DNA of 62,595 nt, counting the filler, from Nemertoderma westbladi (lineage: Eukaryota > Animalia > Xenacoelomorpha), in NCBI GenBank assembly GCA_032718475.1. It is 3 parts of 3 records of this genome, joined end to end, with 100 filler letters (N's around TTAATTAATTAA, not from the genome) between each part and the next. Parts side by side here need not be neighbours in the genome. Positions count along the whole stretch, not along the records: positions 1 to 27,358 come from JAUCBJ010003114.1; positions 27,459 to 48,564 come from JAUCBJ010006307.1; 1 more part is not named here. The stretch is one strand, 5' to 3'. Shown in pieces: positions 23,214-35,668 of this stretch. Position 1 is the first letter of the stretch. Every line of letters starts with the position of its first letter. Made by a program: the position numbers and the translations under genes. The notes beneath the pieces were generated by a model. That model ran no database searches. It saw only the letters and a program-made list of their open reading frames with translations, and was not told the origin of the DNA.

Positions 23214-24829
23214 ACAGTATGTGTTTTGTACATGTCTTTAGTCTTTGGGGTCTTGGTTATGTACTCGCTCTGGTTATATGTGCAAATTAGTTTAAATTTA
23301 AATTCTACTTATTTTGTGCATTAACAAAATATTAATTATAATTATAATGCTACAATAATAAGTATAACTTTTTATTGTAATATGAAAGCTTTCATCCACG
23401 TACGTATGTATGTATGCTTGAAGATATTATTCTTACCAAGTATACGTTTCACTAGACTTCCATCATATGTCTTGCAATGGACTGCCTCGTGAAGTTTAGA
23501 CGCAGTCACCCGTCCATATCTTAAATGGTGCCACATAGGTCAGCCTGACTGCTTTGCAGTTTTCGTAAACGCTTCCTCAATGAGATGTGGCGTTATTTTT
23601 CCCATACAGTACGATATAAATTCCTCGCTTCGACCATCTTGACATGTCTGTGATTAATTAATATATTGATTAACTGCCTTGATTTGAATCAAAATAATTT
23701 CAATGAATAATATATTTTTTTATGTATTTGAAAAACAATTCCATTGGGCAATACAATGGCTTTTGTGACCTCCCCTGTAAAAATTCCGTGGTTACGTAAG
23801 GTTAAGTATTATTTATGGATGTAATTATAAGTAAACAACCGTAATTACCGTCATATACTGTAAGCCAAGATAATCCATTTGCAACCACGTCAATGGCGAT
23901 ATATCCCCAAAATAATTGTAGAGCATGCTGGGCAATTTGTCCTTATTCATTTTATTTACAATCCTATCGCGGAATGTTTGTACCTGTTCGTCTGTAATGG
24001 TACTTGGTTTCTTTGTACTTTTCTTTTTTATAATTGCAGTGATAGGAATTGCTTGCTTACAGTTCTTTATTTTGGACATTTTAGACGCCGACCAGTATCA
24101 GAGAGTGGAAGTACAGGAAATTTCTGTACATTTTCTGTATAACCAAAATGTTAAGCCCATCGCATGTTTGGCCAGCACTGGCGTGCGGCCAGTGCCTTTG
24201 CATTTCAGATCTACTATTACTCCGGTACACTCATTAACTTTAGCTTGGACGCGGTAGGGTTGGCTTCTTACACGATGTTCCGGTGTTATTTCGGCCTTAA
24301 CTGTGCAATGAGGACCCTCTCTCTTTACACACACCCATCCATTGGCGACGTACGATGCTCCGCCAGATCTGGCGGAGCTAACAGTGATCAATTACACAGT
24401 ATAATTGGAACAGGACATAATGTTTTATAATTGGTTATTTTTATTCAAAATGGTATACCAACTAATTTGTATAGCGCGAATTTATTATACATTTTTGATT
24501 TTTCACGGTAGTCTATTCTACTATTCAACTTCACGCATTTTTTGTTCTAGAACATTTTATTTAAAACAACATTAATTTTTTAAACTAGCTAGTTTTTGTT
24601 ACTTTTTAATAATGAATTGATTTCTACAGTATTACCTGAGTGGCCATGTAATACTAAATATACATACTATATTTAGTATTCCATGGAGTGGCTGATTTCT
24701 GAGTTGAGCGAATTTTTTAACTTCAACATCTAAGCGCTAGTTTAAAAAGTAGCAAAAACTAGCTAGTTTAAAAAATTAACGTTTTTTCAATAAAATGTTC
24801 TAGAACAAAACATGTTCTCGAACAAAAAA

Positions 24830-27150
24830 TGAGACTGGAGGCCAGACCATGGCGACGAGCACTATGGATTTTAAGAAGAGAGGGACGGTGTTGCTCAGGG
24901 TAGTGCCAGTGAGAATGATATGGGAGAATGGACAGTCGGTAACGACATTAATGTTAATCGACAGTGGGGCAGCATTCACACTGACGGAAAGTTGGGTAGC
25001 AGAGAGACTGAAAATAAAAACGAAGTCGAGTGCGATGGTGGTCACCGCCATATCTGTTCGCGCTTTTAGACCTTTAGCAGTTTAACCTGCCAATTTTAGT
25101 TGTCCGCTTATTTATAAATCGACCTTAGTCTTTTACAATTACCTAGTGTGCTGAAGTTACATCAGCCGAAGCCAGTCTGTGCGCGACCTTTCACCCACGG
25201 TTTTGGGAGACTGGATTCGGATGCTTTGATAGTGATTGCGGTGTAGACCTACTGTATTATTCGATTGATCGTTACTATATAATCTCTGACAATATATTTA
25301 CTTTCGGGGAAATATTAACAGTTCCTTTAGGACGTGGCGCTTTAAGTATAAAAACAGAGTTATGACTTATACTAATCACAACTAGATGGCCACTGAGTTT
25401 CGTAAATAGCGCATTCTTTAGGAGATGCTTTATTAACCTTCACACTACTTCACACTACTTCACACTATTTCGCACTGATCTGCCGACCGTCACTGAATTT
25501 GATCATATATAAGGAGGATTGCAACTGACACATGTAGGGATTATGAATTAGCATTTAATTCACAAAAAAACCACTATAATGTAAGTCGCAGTTGCTACCG
25601 GTAAACCTGTTCCTCTCACCTTCAGTAATCAAGAAGATTGGGGGTTTTATGATTATTTATCGGTATTCTCCAAATATAACAGCAATATTCATTAATATCA
25701 CAACAATTAATAACAGAAGTAAAATAATGCGGTGAACAGTCAGTATGTGTTACCTATGCAGTGTTCCATGTGCAGCAATGTTCAATGTGTTAATAGTTTT
25801 ACGTTCTTGTAATCAAAGCCATCTGATGTTTAGGTTAAAGTCTGAAACTTCTACACAGAAGTACAGAAGAATTCCAAGCCGGTTCTGAGGCTCAGAAAAA
25901 GGTAAACAAAGACCGTAATGCATTGCGCGGGTTTCCATAGGCCTCTGTAAGACATAGGGGGAAAATCGCTCTGATTGGCTGACTAGGCAGAACAAAGAAA
26001 AGTTCCACATCCACAGAGAATCAGCTGATAGATTTCGTCATCGGGGCTCTGATTCCTTCCCTTCACGTAGTTGGACAAATTCAGGGCTATTTTATAGTAT
26101 TCTGCGCATTGCAGGAAAAATGACTTGTTATGTCCGCAAAAGCCCCTACACTGCGCATTGCGGAAAAAATGACTTGTTATGTCCGCAAAAGCTTTTACAA
26201 TATCCTCCAAAGATGAGATCCTCCCTATGAGAATATGAAGGTGTCAAATAGGGTCTATAACACCGGGATGTAACTATGGGGTAACTATAGAGCCCATACA
26301 GATCACTGAGTCGATCAATACCGACACCTGGACTGTATCGACTTCTCCACACATGAACTCGACGTGCTGAAGGTATCTCTGATCATCGGAATGGATTGCC
26401 CAATTGCCCATGAGAGAATAGAAACCATTTTCGGCGATGACAGGGAGTGAGACCCGATGGCTATCCTAACGCCATTTGGATGGACGCTCAGTGGCCCAAT
26501 AAAGACTCAAATTCCATTCAGCGTATCCGAGTCATCAGGATGTATGCTCCCTGGGACGATGAGGAACAGAGTAGAAGAAGGTGCGAAAGAGCAACTTAAG
26601 AGGCTGGACAGGAGAATTTCGAGGGTTTGAAAGAGGTTGAAGTGGGAACCTCGGTGGGGCGAAGTCATCCTCATTCGCGACAATCACGGTGGTGAGAGAC
26701 ACAGTCAAATACAAAGAGGGAGAGTATAGTAAGGTGGTGATCGACATGATTCGATTCGGATTCTATGTGGATGATGGAATGGGTTCTGGGAACTCCATTA
26801 AGGAGATCGTCGAGACGGGTCCAAAGTTCACGACATCCTGAGAAAATCAGGATTTAACCTGACGAAGTTCCAGTCGATTGGAACTAATGGAATTAATGGA
26901 GGCCATAGAGGACAAACAACCGGAAGTGAAATTGGATAAACAAATGAACGCGAAAGAGTAAATTATGGCGGATAAAAGAGTAGATTCGCAACAGAAAGCC
27001 CTTGTGATTGTATGGAATCGGGAGACGGAAGAGTTGGAATACCAGCTGAAGCAGGAGGGTGCAGGAATCCATACCAAGATGGGCTATGTGTACATAACCA
27101 GGATCTACGATCCACTGGGGCTAGCATCTCCTTTACTAGTCCTTTACTAA
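24830..27150 (+). mobile_element. Fragmented BEL/Pao LTR retrotransposon pol
   Basis: Protease VLLRVVPV...LIDSGA (24880-25050); ILTPFGWTLSGP (about 26460-26500); RT FYVDD (26761); VWNRETEEL and RIYDPLGLASP (27010-27135). Confidence 0.75.
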
Positions 27151-27358
27151 CAGCTCTGAACAGAGCTGATAGTGTATTCCCTGTAAGCTCGTATTATTGT
27201 CAGGAATAATATTGCGCGAATCAATCGAAACCCTGGGGCCAATAGTATACTGCCAATATTTATCAGATTCTTTAAATATGTGTGTGCCCCTGTCACTGTT
27301 GTTATCTTTGTATACAAAGGGTAAATTTGACCATGCAGTGACATAAAAAAATTTGTGG

Positions 27359-27458
27359 NNNNNNNNNNNNNNNNNNNNNNNNNNNNNNNNNNNNNNNNNN
27401 NNTTAATTAATTAANNNNNNNNNNNNNNNNNNNNNNNNNNNNNNNNNNNNNNNNNNNN
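27359..27458. other. Assembly gap/contig joiner
   Basis: 44 N + TTAATTAATTAA + 44 N. Confidence 0.98.
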
Positions 27459-29287
27459 CCAGCAATCAATATCATATTTGGGTGTTTCCTAATGAGTGAA
27501 GGAAATCGTCCCCTTGTCATGAATTTAATTACTTGGACGGCCTCAGGCAATTGTGAATCACAGTTGTAGTCAACGGCTAATCACCTCACGTAGAAAGGGC
27601 AAGCAGATCACACGGAACACAATTACAATTTAGTATTAATTTTATTTATCAGGGCATACTAAATGAAGGGGCAATTTATTAAAGATAAGATAGTACATTG
27701 GGTTAGGTAGACCTAACGCAATCGACCGACAACAACCGTTTCTACCAATGCAATAGTTACGGGTGATTTTGACTCTATAACTGAATCTTAAGTCACATAA
27801 ATGTGTGCCGGGAGCAGCGGCCACCGCATACGATAGCGATGGCAGAGCGGGCAGAAACAACGCAACGCAGTTAACGAGAACTAAACTTGGTTTAGCTAAC
27901 AAATACTACTGTGAGATGTATTTTCAATATTTCCGTTGTAGAGCACAGTATGTGAAACTTTGACAAATATTGCCAACCACAAAAATAGGGGACATTTACG
28001 ATATCTTATGGAGTTCTGTTTTCTCATCAACATGGTAGATATCTCAAAAAATGACAGGAGAATGAAAGTGTTTACCGCAAAACTAAAGTTTGACAGGTAA
28101 ATATCTCAAACTTGCTGGGTTCGCCTCCAGTACCTTCACGGTGGAGGGAGGGTGTTACAACAACAGCTAAACAGCATGCCGACCTCGGCACGATGAAGTT
28201 TAACAATCTCAGAGTGACGCGGTAATATAATAATTGGTAGGATTCCATACCTAGTCCACTATGATTAGGTATCTCGGGGGCCACACCCTGTTATATGACA
28301 ATTTATTAACTGTATGTGGGAGGATTCGTCGAGCAACCAACAATACGCAATAACAGAAACATGAAGGGCAATAATTACATCACCTAATCAGTGAGACTAA
28401 TATACAGTGCAGTACAAGGATTTATGGGTACAGGTCAGGTCAGGTCGGTGCTGAATAATGAATACATAATTCTTGTCATATTGCTGAGGTTAGGGGGATT
28501 CTTGAACAAAAATCGTCTCAAAAGCAGAACAAGTCCTGTCTCTACTGTATATATATTATTTAATTATGAAATAATATAAGACAATTGGGGTTAAGGCATT
28601 AAGTTAGGGTTAATATATAATAAAATGATTGGGGAGACACGGGCTACACTATTGTTTTCTTTATTATCATTATATATTTTTTTATTATGAAACAGGAAAT
28701 GGACAATAGAAATAACCTACACAATAAAGCACAGTAGTTGTATGGGTTGCACATCAATCCTCGCACAGGCCAATGAAGACGAACGTGACTGATGAATGTA
28801 GCAAACAACGTAAGAGTTGGTAATTAGAGAACTACAAACAGCAGGAACGTAGTCTCTCTAAATTATGTGGTATAATTGCGTTGGAATGCATCAATGGGTT
28901 GGCGGCCTTGATCCTTAATTGAAGGAACGTTATGGGAAACCACCAAATATACAAAGAGTGACAGTCAGTGCCACTTCATCATCCAAATAGGCTGACGTTG
29001 TGATTAATTGATATGAATGTAGTAACCCGGTAGTTATAATACTTTGTTAGAGATTCGAGGCTAGGTTGGTCACCATGGATTACTGAGCGACCTAAATGAA
29101 TCCCCATAACTATGGGAGCGACGTGTCTTCGCAAAAATCCATCTTCATTCTTGCTCTGTTACGGTAATGAACAATACCGGTACTTGGGACCCGGACAATT
29201 CGGACACCCAGACCCATACAAAAATGTTAATTTTAAAAAAGGGTCCGAATTGTCCTATGTTCATCTTTGTAGTTCCTATATTAGGCA

Positions 29288-32200
29288 TTATTGTGTCAGA
29301 TGAGGGGGAAGGGGGAGAAATGGCTGGATGAAATCAAACTTCTTATTGTGTGAGATGAGGGGGAAGGGGAGAAATGGCTGGATGAAATCAAACTTCTTAT
29401 TGTGTCAGATGAGGGGGAAGGGGGAGAAATGGCTGGATGAAATCAAACTTCTTATTGTGTCAGATGAGGGGGAAGGGGGAGAAATGGCTGGATGAAATCA
29501 AACTTCTTATTGTGTCAGATGAGGGGGAAGGGGGAGAAATAGCTGGATGAAATCAAACTTCTTATTGTGTCAGATGAGGGGGAAGGGGGATAAATGGCTG
29601 GATGAAATCAAACTTCTTATTGTGTCAGACGAGGGAGAAGGGGGAGAAATGGCTGGATGAAATCAAACTTCTTATTGTGTCAGACGAGGGGGAAGGGGGA
29701 GAAATGGCTGGATGAAATCAAACTTCTTATTTTGTCAGATGAGGGGGAAGAGGGAGAAATGGCTGGATGAAATCAAACTTCTTATTGTGTCAGAATAGGG
29801 GGAAGGGGGAGAAATGGCTGGATGAAATCAAACTTCTTATTGTGTCAGATGAGGGGGGAGGGGGGAGAAATGGCTGGATGAAATCAAACTTCTTATTGTG
29901 TCAGATGAGGGGGAAGGGGGAGAAATGGCTGGATGAAATCAAACTTCTTATTGTGTCAGATGAGGGGGAAGGGGGAGAAATGGCTGGATGAAATCAAACT
30001 TCTTATTGTGTCAGATGAGGGGGAAGGGGGAGAAAAGGCTGGATGAAATCAAACTTCTTATTGTGTCAGATGAGGGGGAAGGGGGAGAAAAGGCTGGATG
30101 AAATCAAACTTCTTATTGTGTCAGATGTGGGGGAAGGGGGAGAAATGGCTGGATGAAATCAAACTTCTTATTGTGTCAGATGAGGGGGAAGGGGTGAGAA
30201 ATGGCTGGATGAAATCAAACTTCTTATTGTGTCAGATGAGGGGGAAGGGGGAGAAAAGGCTGGATGAAATCAAACTTCTTATTGTGTCAGATGAGGGGGA
30301 AGGGGTGAGAAATGGCTGGATGAAATCAAACTTCTTATTGTGTCAGATGAGGGGGAAGGGGGAGAAATGGCTGGATGAAATCAAACTTCTTATTGTGTCA
30401 GATGAGGGGGAAGGGGGAGAAATGGCTGGATGAAATCAAACTTCTTATTGTGTCAGATGAGGGGGAAGGGGGAGAAATGGCTGGATGAAATCAAACTTCT
30501 TATTGTGTCAGATGAGGGGGAAGGGGGAGAAATGGCTGGATGAAATCAAACTTCTTATTGTGTCAGATGAGGGGGAAGGGGTGAGAAATGGCTGGATGAA
30601 ATCAAACTTCTTATTGTGTCAGATGAGGGGGAAGGGGAAGAAAAGGCTGGATGAAATCAAACTTCTTATTGTGTCAGATGAGGGGGAAGGGGGAGAAATG
30701 GCTGGATGAAATCAAACTTCTTATTGTGTCAGATGAGGGGGAAGGGGGAGAAATGGCTGGATGAAATCAAACTTCTTATTGTGTCAGATGAGGGAGAAGG
30801 GGGAGAAATGGCTGGATGAAATCAAACTTCTTATTGTGTCAGATTAGGGGGAAGGGGGAGAAATGGCTGGATGAAATCAAACTTCTTATTGTGTCAGATG
30901 AGGGGGAAGGGGGAGAAAAGGCTGGATGAAATCAAACTTCTTATTGTGTCAGATGTGGGGGAAGGGGGAGAAATGGCTGGATGAAATCAAACTTCTTATT
31001 GTGTCAGATGAGGGGGAAGGGGGGAGAAATGGCTGGATGAAATCAAACTTCTTATTGTGTCAGATGAGGGGGAAGGGGGAGAAATGGCTGGATGAAATCA
31101 AACTTCTTATTGTGTCAGATGAGGGGGAAGGGGGAGAAATGGCTGGATGAAATCAAACTTCTTATTGTGTCAGATGAGGGGGAAGGGGGAGAAATGGCTG
31201 GATGAAATCAAACTTCTTATTGTGTCAGATGAGGGGGAAGGGGGAGAAATGGCTGGATGAAATCAAACTTCTTATTGTGTCAGATGAGGGGGAAGGGGGA
31301 GAAATGGCTGGATGAAATCAAACTTCTTATTGTGTCAGATGAGGGGGAAGGGGGGAGAAATGGCTGGATGAAATCAAACTTCTTATTGTGTCAGATGAGG
31401 GGGAAGGGGGAGAAATGGCTGGATGAAATCAAACTTCTTATTGTGTCAGATGAGGGGGAAGGGGGAGAAATGGCTGGATGAAATCAAACTTCTTATTGTG
31501 TCAGATGAGGGGGAAGGGGGAGAAATGGCTGGATGAAATCAAACTTCTTATTGTGTCAGATGAGGGGAAAGGGGGGAGAAATGGCTGGATGAAATCAAAC
31601 TTCTTATTGTGTGAGATGAGGGGGAAGGGGGAGAAAAGGCTGGATGAAATCAAACTTCTTATTGTGTCAGATGTGGGGGAAGGGGGAGAAATGGCTGGAT
31701 GAAATCAAACTTCTTATTGTGTAAGATGAGGGGGAAGGGGGGAGAAATGGCTGGATGAAATCAAACTTCTTATTGTGTCAGATGAGGGGGAAGGGGGAGA
31801 AATGGCTGGATGAAATCAAACTTCTTATTGTGTCAGATGAGGGGGAAGGGGGAGAAATGGCTGGATGAAATCAAACTTCTTATTGTGTCAGATGAGGGGG
31901 AAGGGGGAGAAATGGCTGGATGAAATCAAACTTCTTATTGTGTCAGATGAGGGGGAAGGGGGAGAAATGGCTGGATGAAATCAAACTTCTTATTGTGTCA
32001 GATGAGGGGGAAGGGGGAGAAATGGCTGGATGAAATCAAACTTCTTATTGTGTCAGATGAGGGGGGAGGGGAGAAATGGCTGGATGAAATCAAACTTCTT
32101 ATTGTGTCAGATGAGGGGGAAGGGGGAGAAATGGCTGGATGAAATCAAACTTCTTATTGTGTCAGATGAGGGGGAAGGGGGAGAAATGGCTGGATGAAAT

Positions 32201-32926
32201 CAAACTTCTTATTGTGTCAGATGAGGGGGGAGGGGAGAAATGGCTGGATGAAATCAAACTTCTTATTGTGTCAGATGAGGGGGAAGGGGGAGAAATGGCT
32301 GGATGAAATCAAACTTCTTATTGTGTCAGATGAGGGGGAAGGGGGAGAAATGGCTGGATGAAATCAAACTTCTTATTGTGTCAGATGAGGGGGAAGGGGG
32401 AAGGGAAATGGCTGGATGAAATCAAACTTCTTATTGTGTCAGATGAGGGGGAAGGGGGAGAAATGGCTGGATGAAATCAAACTTCTTATTGTGTCAGATG
32501 AGGGGGAAGGGGGAGAAATGGCTGGATGAAATCAAACCTCTTATTGTGTCAGATGAGGGGGAAGGGGGAGAAATGGCTGGATGAAATCAAACTTCTTATT
32601 GTGTCAGATGAGGGGGAAGGGGGAGAAATGGCTGGATGAAATCAAACTTCTTATTGTGTCAGATGAGGGGGAAGGGGGAGAAATGGCTGGATGAAATCAA
32701 ACTTCTTATTGTGTCAGATGAGGGGGAAGGGGGAGAAATGGCTGGATGAAATCAAACTTCTTATTGTGTCAGATGAGGGGGAAGGGGGAGAAATGGCTGG
32801 ATGAAATCAAACTTCTTATTGTGTCAGATGAGGGGGAAGGGGTGAGAAATGGCTGGATGAAATCAAACTTCTTATTGTGTCAGATGAGGGGGAAGGGGGA
32901 GAAATGGCTGGATGAAATCAAACTTC
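29288..32926. repeat. 55-bp satellite, about 66 copies
   Basis: Unit TTATTGTGTCAGATGAGGGGGAAGGGGGAGAAATGGCTGGATGAAATCAAACTTC, highly homogeneous. Confidence 0.97.
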
Positions 32927-33009
32927 ATCCCTGTCCAGGGGAAAATCTACGCAAATATCCCAGCAATAAAACTGTAACCTTCTCCTTTCCATTAATTGAT
33001 AATTTAACA

Positions 33010-33425
33010 TTGAGGTGCTGGGCTCTAACAGCTGAAGACACCAGATTCTGGATGGTACCAGGATACCATGGATACCAGGATGCTGCATAGGATGCACAAC
33101 ATTGTCTATGATGAACAGATAAAAAATGATGTGATATACAACTATGGCAACATCTTATTAGCAAAACCCAGCATCACCTTGCGGAGACGCCGCTCGAGGC
33201 TTGCTTGGTACTGTTTCCGCTGCTGGCAGGATCAACCAGTACACAACCTTCTGATATAGCAGCCTGCTGGTGAGAATAGACGTGGTGGACAGCCAATGAC
33301 TTCCCCCAAAGGCCTGCTCATGGACCCCGGAATTGAGAATAGCGGGGTGAACTGGGAAAGTATATGGCTGTCTGCAAGAGCAAGATCTGGGGGCGCTATG
33401 TTGCTGGGGTCTGTCGGCACTGTGT
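33010..33425 (+). pseudogene. Decayed RTE LINE 3' fragment
   Basis: CWALTAEDT..., RLAWYCFR..DQPVHNL; similar to 22165-22450. Confidence 0.7.
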
Positions 33426-33585
33426 ATTGATAGTAACAATGTTTTGGCAAGCTGTATTTTTCGAGGTGTTTGTCATTATACATTTATTATAGGAAGGTCC
33501 CTTCCCAAGATCCCTTCCTATAATAAATGTATAATAACAAACACCTCGAAAAATACAGCTTGCCAACACATTGTTACTATCAATA
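33425..33585. repeat. Near-perfect hairpin with arms of about 73 bp
   Basis: TATTGATAGTAACAATG...TTATAGGAAGG and CCTTCCTATAA...CATTGTTACTATCAATA, separated by a loop of about 15 nt. Confidence 0.85.
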
Positions 33586-33652
33586 ATAAAAAATCAGGGG
33601 CTAATAAAATGGCAGCTGGCTTTGAAATTAATACTCCATATCTCAAGAACCT

Positions 33653-33707
33653 GTGGCCTAGTGGTTGTAGTCTCGGCTTCCAGCTCGGGGTCCCACGTTC
33701 GAATCCG
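33653..33707 (+). promoter_or_regulatory. tRNA-like internal Pol III promoter (SINE head)
   Basis: A box TGGCCTAGTGG (33654-33664) and B box GTTCGAATCC (33697-33706) at tRNA-like spacing. Confidence 0.75.
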
Positions 33708-33709
33708 AC

Positions 33710-33752
33710 ACCACGCTGATGAGACCCAGTAAGGTCGAAACGCGTACGTGGT
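33710..33752 (+). ncRNA. Minimal type I hammerhead ribozyme
   Basis: ACCACG-CTGATGA-GACC-CAGTAA-GGTC-GAAA-CGCG-TA-CGTGGT. Stem I is 6 bp, stem II is 4 bp, the core is complete, stem III is a palindromic mini-stem, and the cleavage triplet is GUA. Confidence 0.85.
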
Positions 33753-35302
33753 TTGGAGAGATATGAGATATTAATTTTAAGAAAAAATTACGCGATTCCT
33801 AAATTTGTACACAACCCGGTTAAAAAGTACGCATGTGATGGGATTAGTCCTACAATTGCGCCAATAAAAGATAAGTTATTTTCGGTAAAATAAACTTATC
33901 ATTCGAGGCTAAGACCCCAAGATCCCTTCCTATATAATAAAGGCACTGTGTATGGCTGACCGCGAGATCTGGGGGCGCTATTTTGCTGGGTCCGCCGGCA
34001 ATGTGTTTTGTGTTTTGCTCTTTTTTTTATTATTTTCATTTTCTATTTCTGATAATTAATTGGCAATTTTGTGAAAAAAAAATCAAACTTTTTAAAAAAT
34101 CCACGTTTTTATGTTTTTTCTTAAAATAAATGGGGAAATATTCTGAAATCAAAAAAGTGGTCGAGGCTTATTAAATTTCCTTTCATAAAAATCACAAATC
34201 ATAAAAAAGGTTAAACATGGCGGCGGAGTAGTATTTTTCGTGTGAAAAAATGTCATTCAGAGATAATTACCTTCAAATAATTCTACTACCTGTATGGGGA
34301 CTGGTTGGTTAACCACCAAGCTGAAATTATATTTATGGGGATTTTCGGGGTCGCTGATTTCATTTCCGATGTCAGTTTTAATATTTGATGGAGTGCAGTC
34401 TGTCCGTGTGTCGGTTTGTCTGTCTACAGATTGCCAGACAGATATTCCACGATCACTCGAGAACTAAAAGAGATATCTCTAAGCCAGGGTTTTGTTTCTA
34501 AATATGTTAGTGAAATTTATAAATAAAAAAAGTGATCTCTAAATTTTTTAAACTTGTTTAGAAATATTTCTACAACTAAAACTTGAAAATAACAAATTTA
34601 AAAGTATAAATTTTACTTTAAAGAGATTGAAATAAAAACAACCTATAAATCATAATTAAACATTCAGTTATTAGCCATATTTAATTTTTGTTTGTTTGTT
34701 CAACAAAATCGACCCCTCGAATCTCTAAATCGGATTCATCTCAACGAGTTGAATTTCTACCAACTCCTATAATATCAAATGAACTCATTTGTGGTACATA
34801 TATTGTTTCTACGTAGATGGACATAGATTCTATACAATCATCACAGTCTAGAGGTGTTTCACTGTCATTCCCGTAATTTATAGTATTTTTAGAGATCTTA
34901 TCAAGGAAACTATGAAAAATAATGGCTGGGGTTGACAGTTAGCTGAGGGTGAGTCAGTCATAGTAGAAAGGGACCAAGTGTGACCGGGTGGTAATCCTAC
35001 CGGGGACTAGAGGCATTCAACACGGCCTGGGTGAATGCAAATGGCTATTTATAATAAAAATGCATCTACATGCCCCTAAATAATGAAAGGGGTTTTATTT
35101 ATTTAGAAAGCCGTTTAAGTACGCCAATAAACTTTTCTACTGAAGTACATTTATCTCAAATTGTATTTTTTTCGTTGTCCCTTCTTTCTACTGTGACCAT
35201 CACCAATGATGTGGAGTACTCCTTCAACGCGGAAGATGGCCTAATTAGTTTAATTAATATGTAGTAGGGGGGGCAACCCCCCTAACTCTAACACTAACTC
35301 TA

Positions 35303-35668
35303 TTAACTCCGCCCACCCCTACTGCCGCTACCCCCAGCCACCGGTTCTGGCGCTTTCTCGAGTTTCGCTAACTTCCTCCCCTCTTTATTCTTAGAGAATG
35401 TGCACCCCAACGCCCGGGCTATAGTCTGCACCTTGCCCAGCCCCACACGACTCCCCAGTTGGGCGGTTAGGTCTCCGATATCGACAACGAAGTTATCCAC
35501 GTAGAGCGCGAGTAGGAGAGAGTGAGCGAGGCATTTATCCCTCATCCGATAGGGAAGAGATAAGATCTGGGTGCCCCTTGTGTCCCTGCTAGCCACAAGG
35601 AAGCTGACATTGAGATGTTCAGCCACAAACTCGGGTATCCAGTCAGGATAACGGTCCCGTTTCTTTAT
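35303..35668 (-). CDS. POLR1E: RNA polymerase I subunit RPA49/PAF53, terminal exon
   Basis: TTTATTTAG acceptor (35669-35670), phase 0. RDKCLAHSLLLALYVDNFVVD..L...L....K.....RALGC matches the RPA49 C-terminal winged helix. Confidence 0.8.
   Translation of the reverse strand: MKKRDRYPDWIPEFVAEHLNVSFLVASRDTRGTQILSLPYRMRDKCLAHSLLLALYVDNFVVDIGDLTAQLGSRVGLGKVQTIARALGCTFSKNKEGRKLAKLEKAPEPVAGGSGSRGGRS

Larger units (their letters stand above)
20300..24380 (-). pseudogene. SWIM zinc finger + YqaJ/lambda-exonuclease gene, multi-exon and decayed
   Basis: CTVKAEITPEHRVR..PYRV..C...KHAMGLTFWL (24100-24380); TAKQSG*PMWHHLRYGRVTASKLHE (23480-23580); GRDLE...PFLGASPDA...VEVKCP (20330-20550). Confidence 0.7.
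18694..24720. mobile_element. Decayed ISL2EU-like DNA transposon (THAP gene and convergent SWIM-YqaJ nuclease gene) with nested insertions
   Basis: A 35-bp inverted repeat (TTAAAAAATTYGCTCAACTCAGAAATCAGCCACTC, 1 mismatch) sits at 18694-18728 and 24686-24720 and encloses the THAP and YqaJ remnants. Confidence 0.6.

Noticed and set aside
29288-32926. CAGATGAG...GAAA in the satellite resembling a hammerhead core, and a CRISPR-like periodicity
   Set aside because: The core is CAGAUGA rather than CUGAUGA, and the G-only segment cannot form stem II. There are no unique spacers and no cas genes, and the context is eukaryotic.
33653-33710. Possible tRNA gene
   Set aside because: A and B boxes are present, but there is no convincing acceptor stem and the sequence runs directly into a hammerhead. 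Treated as a SINE-like head.
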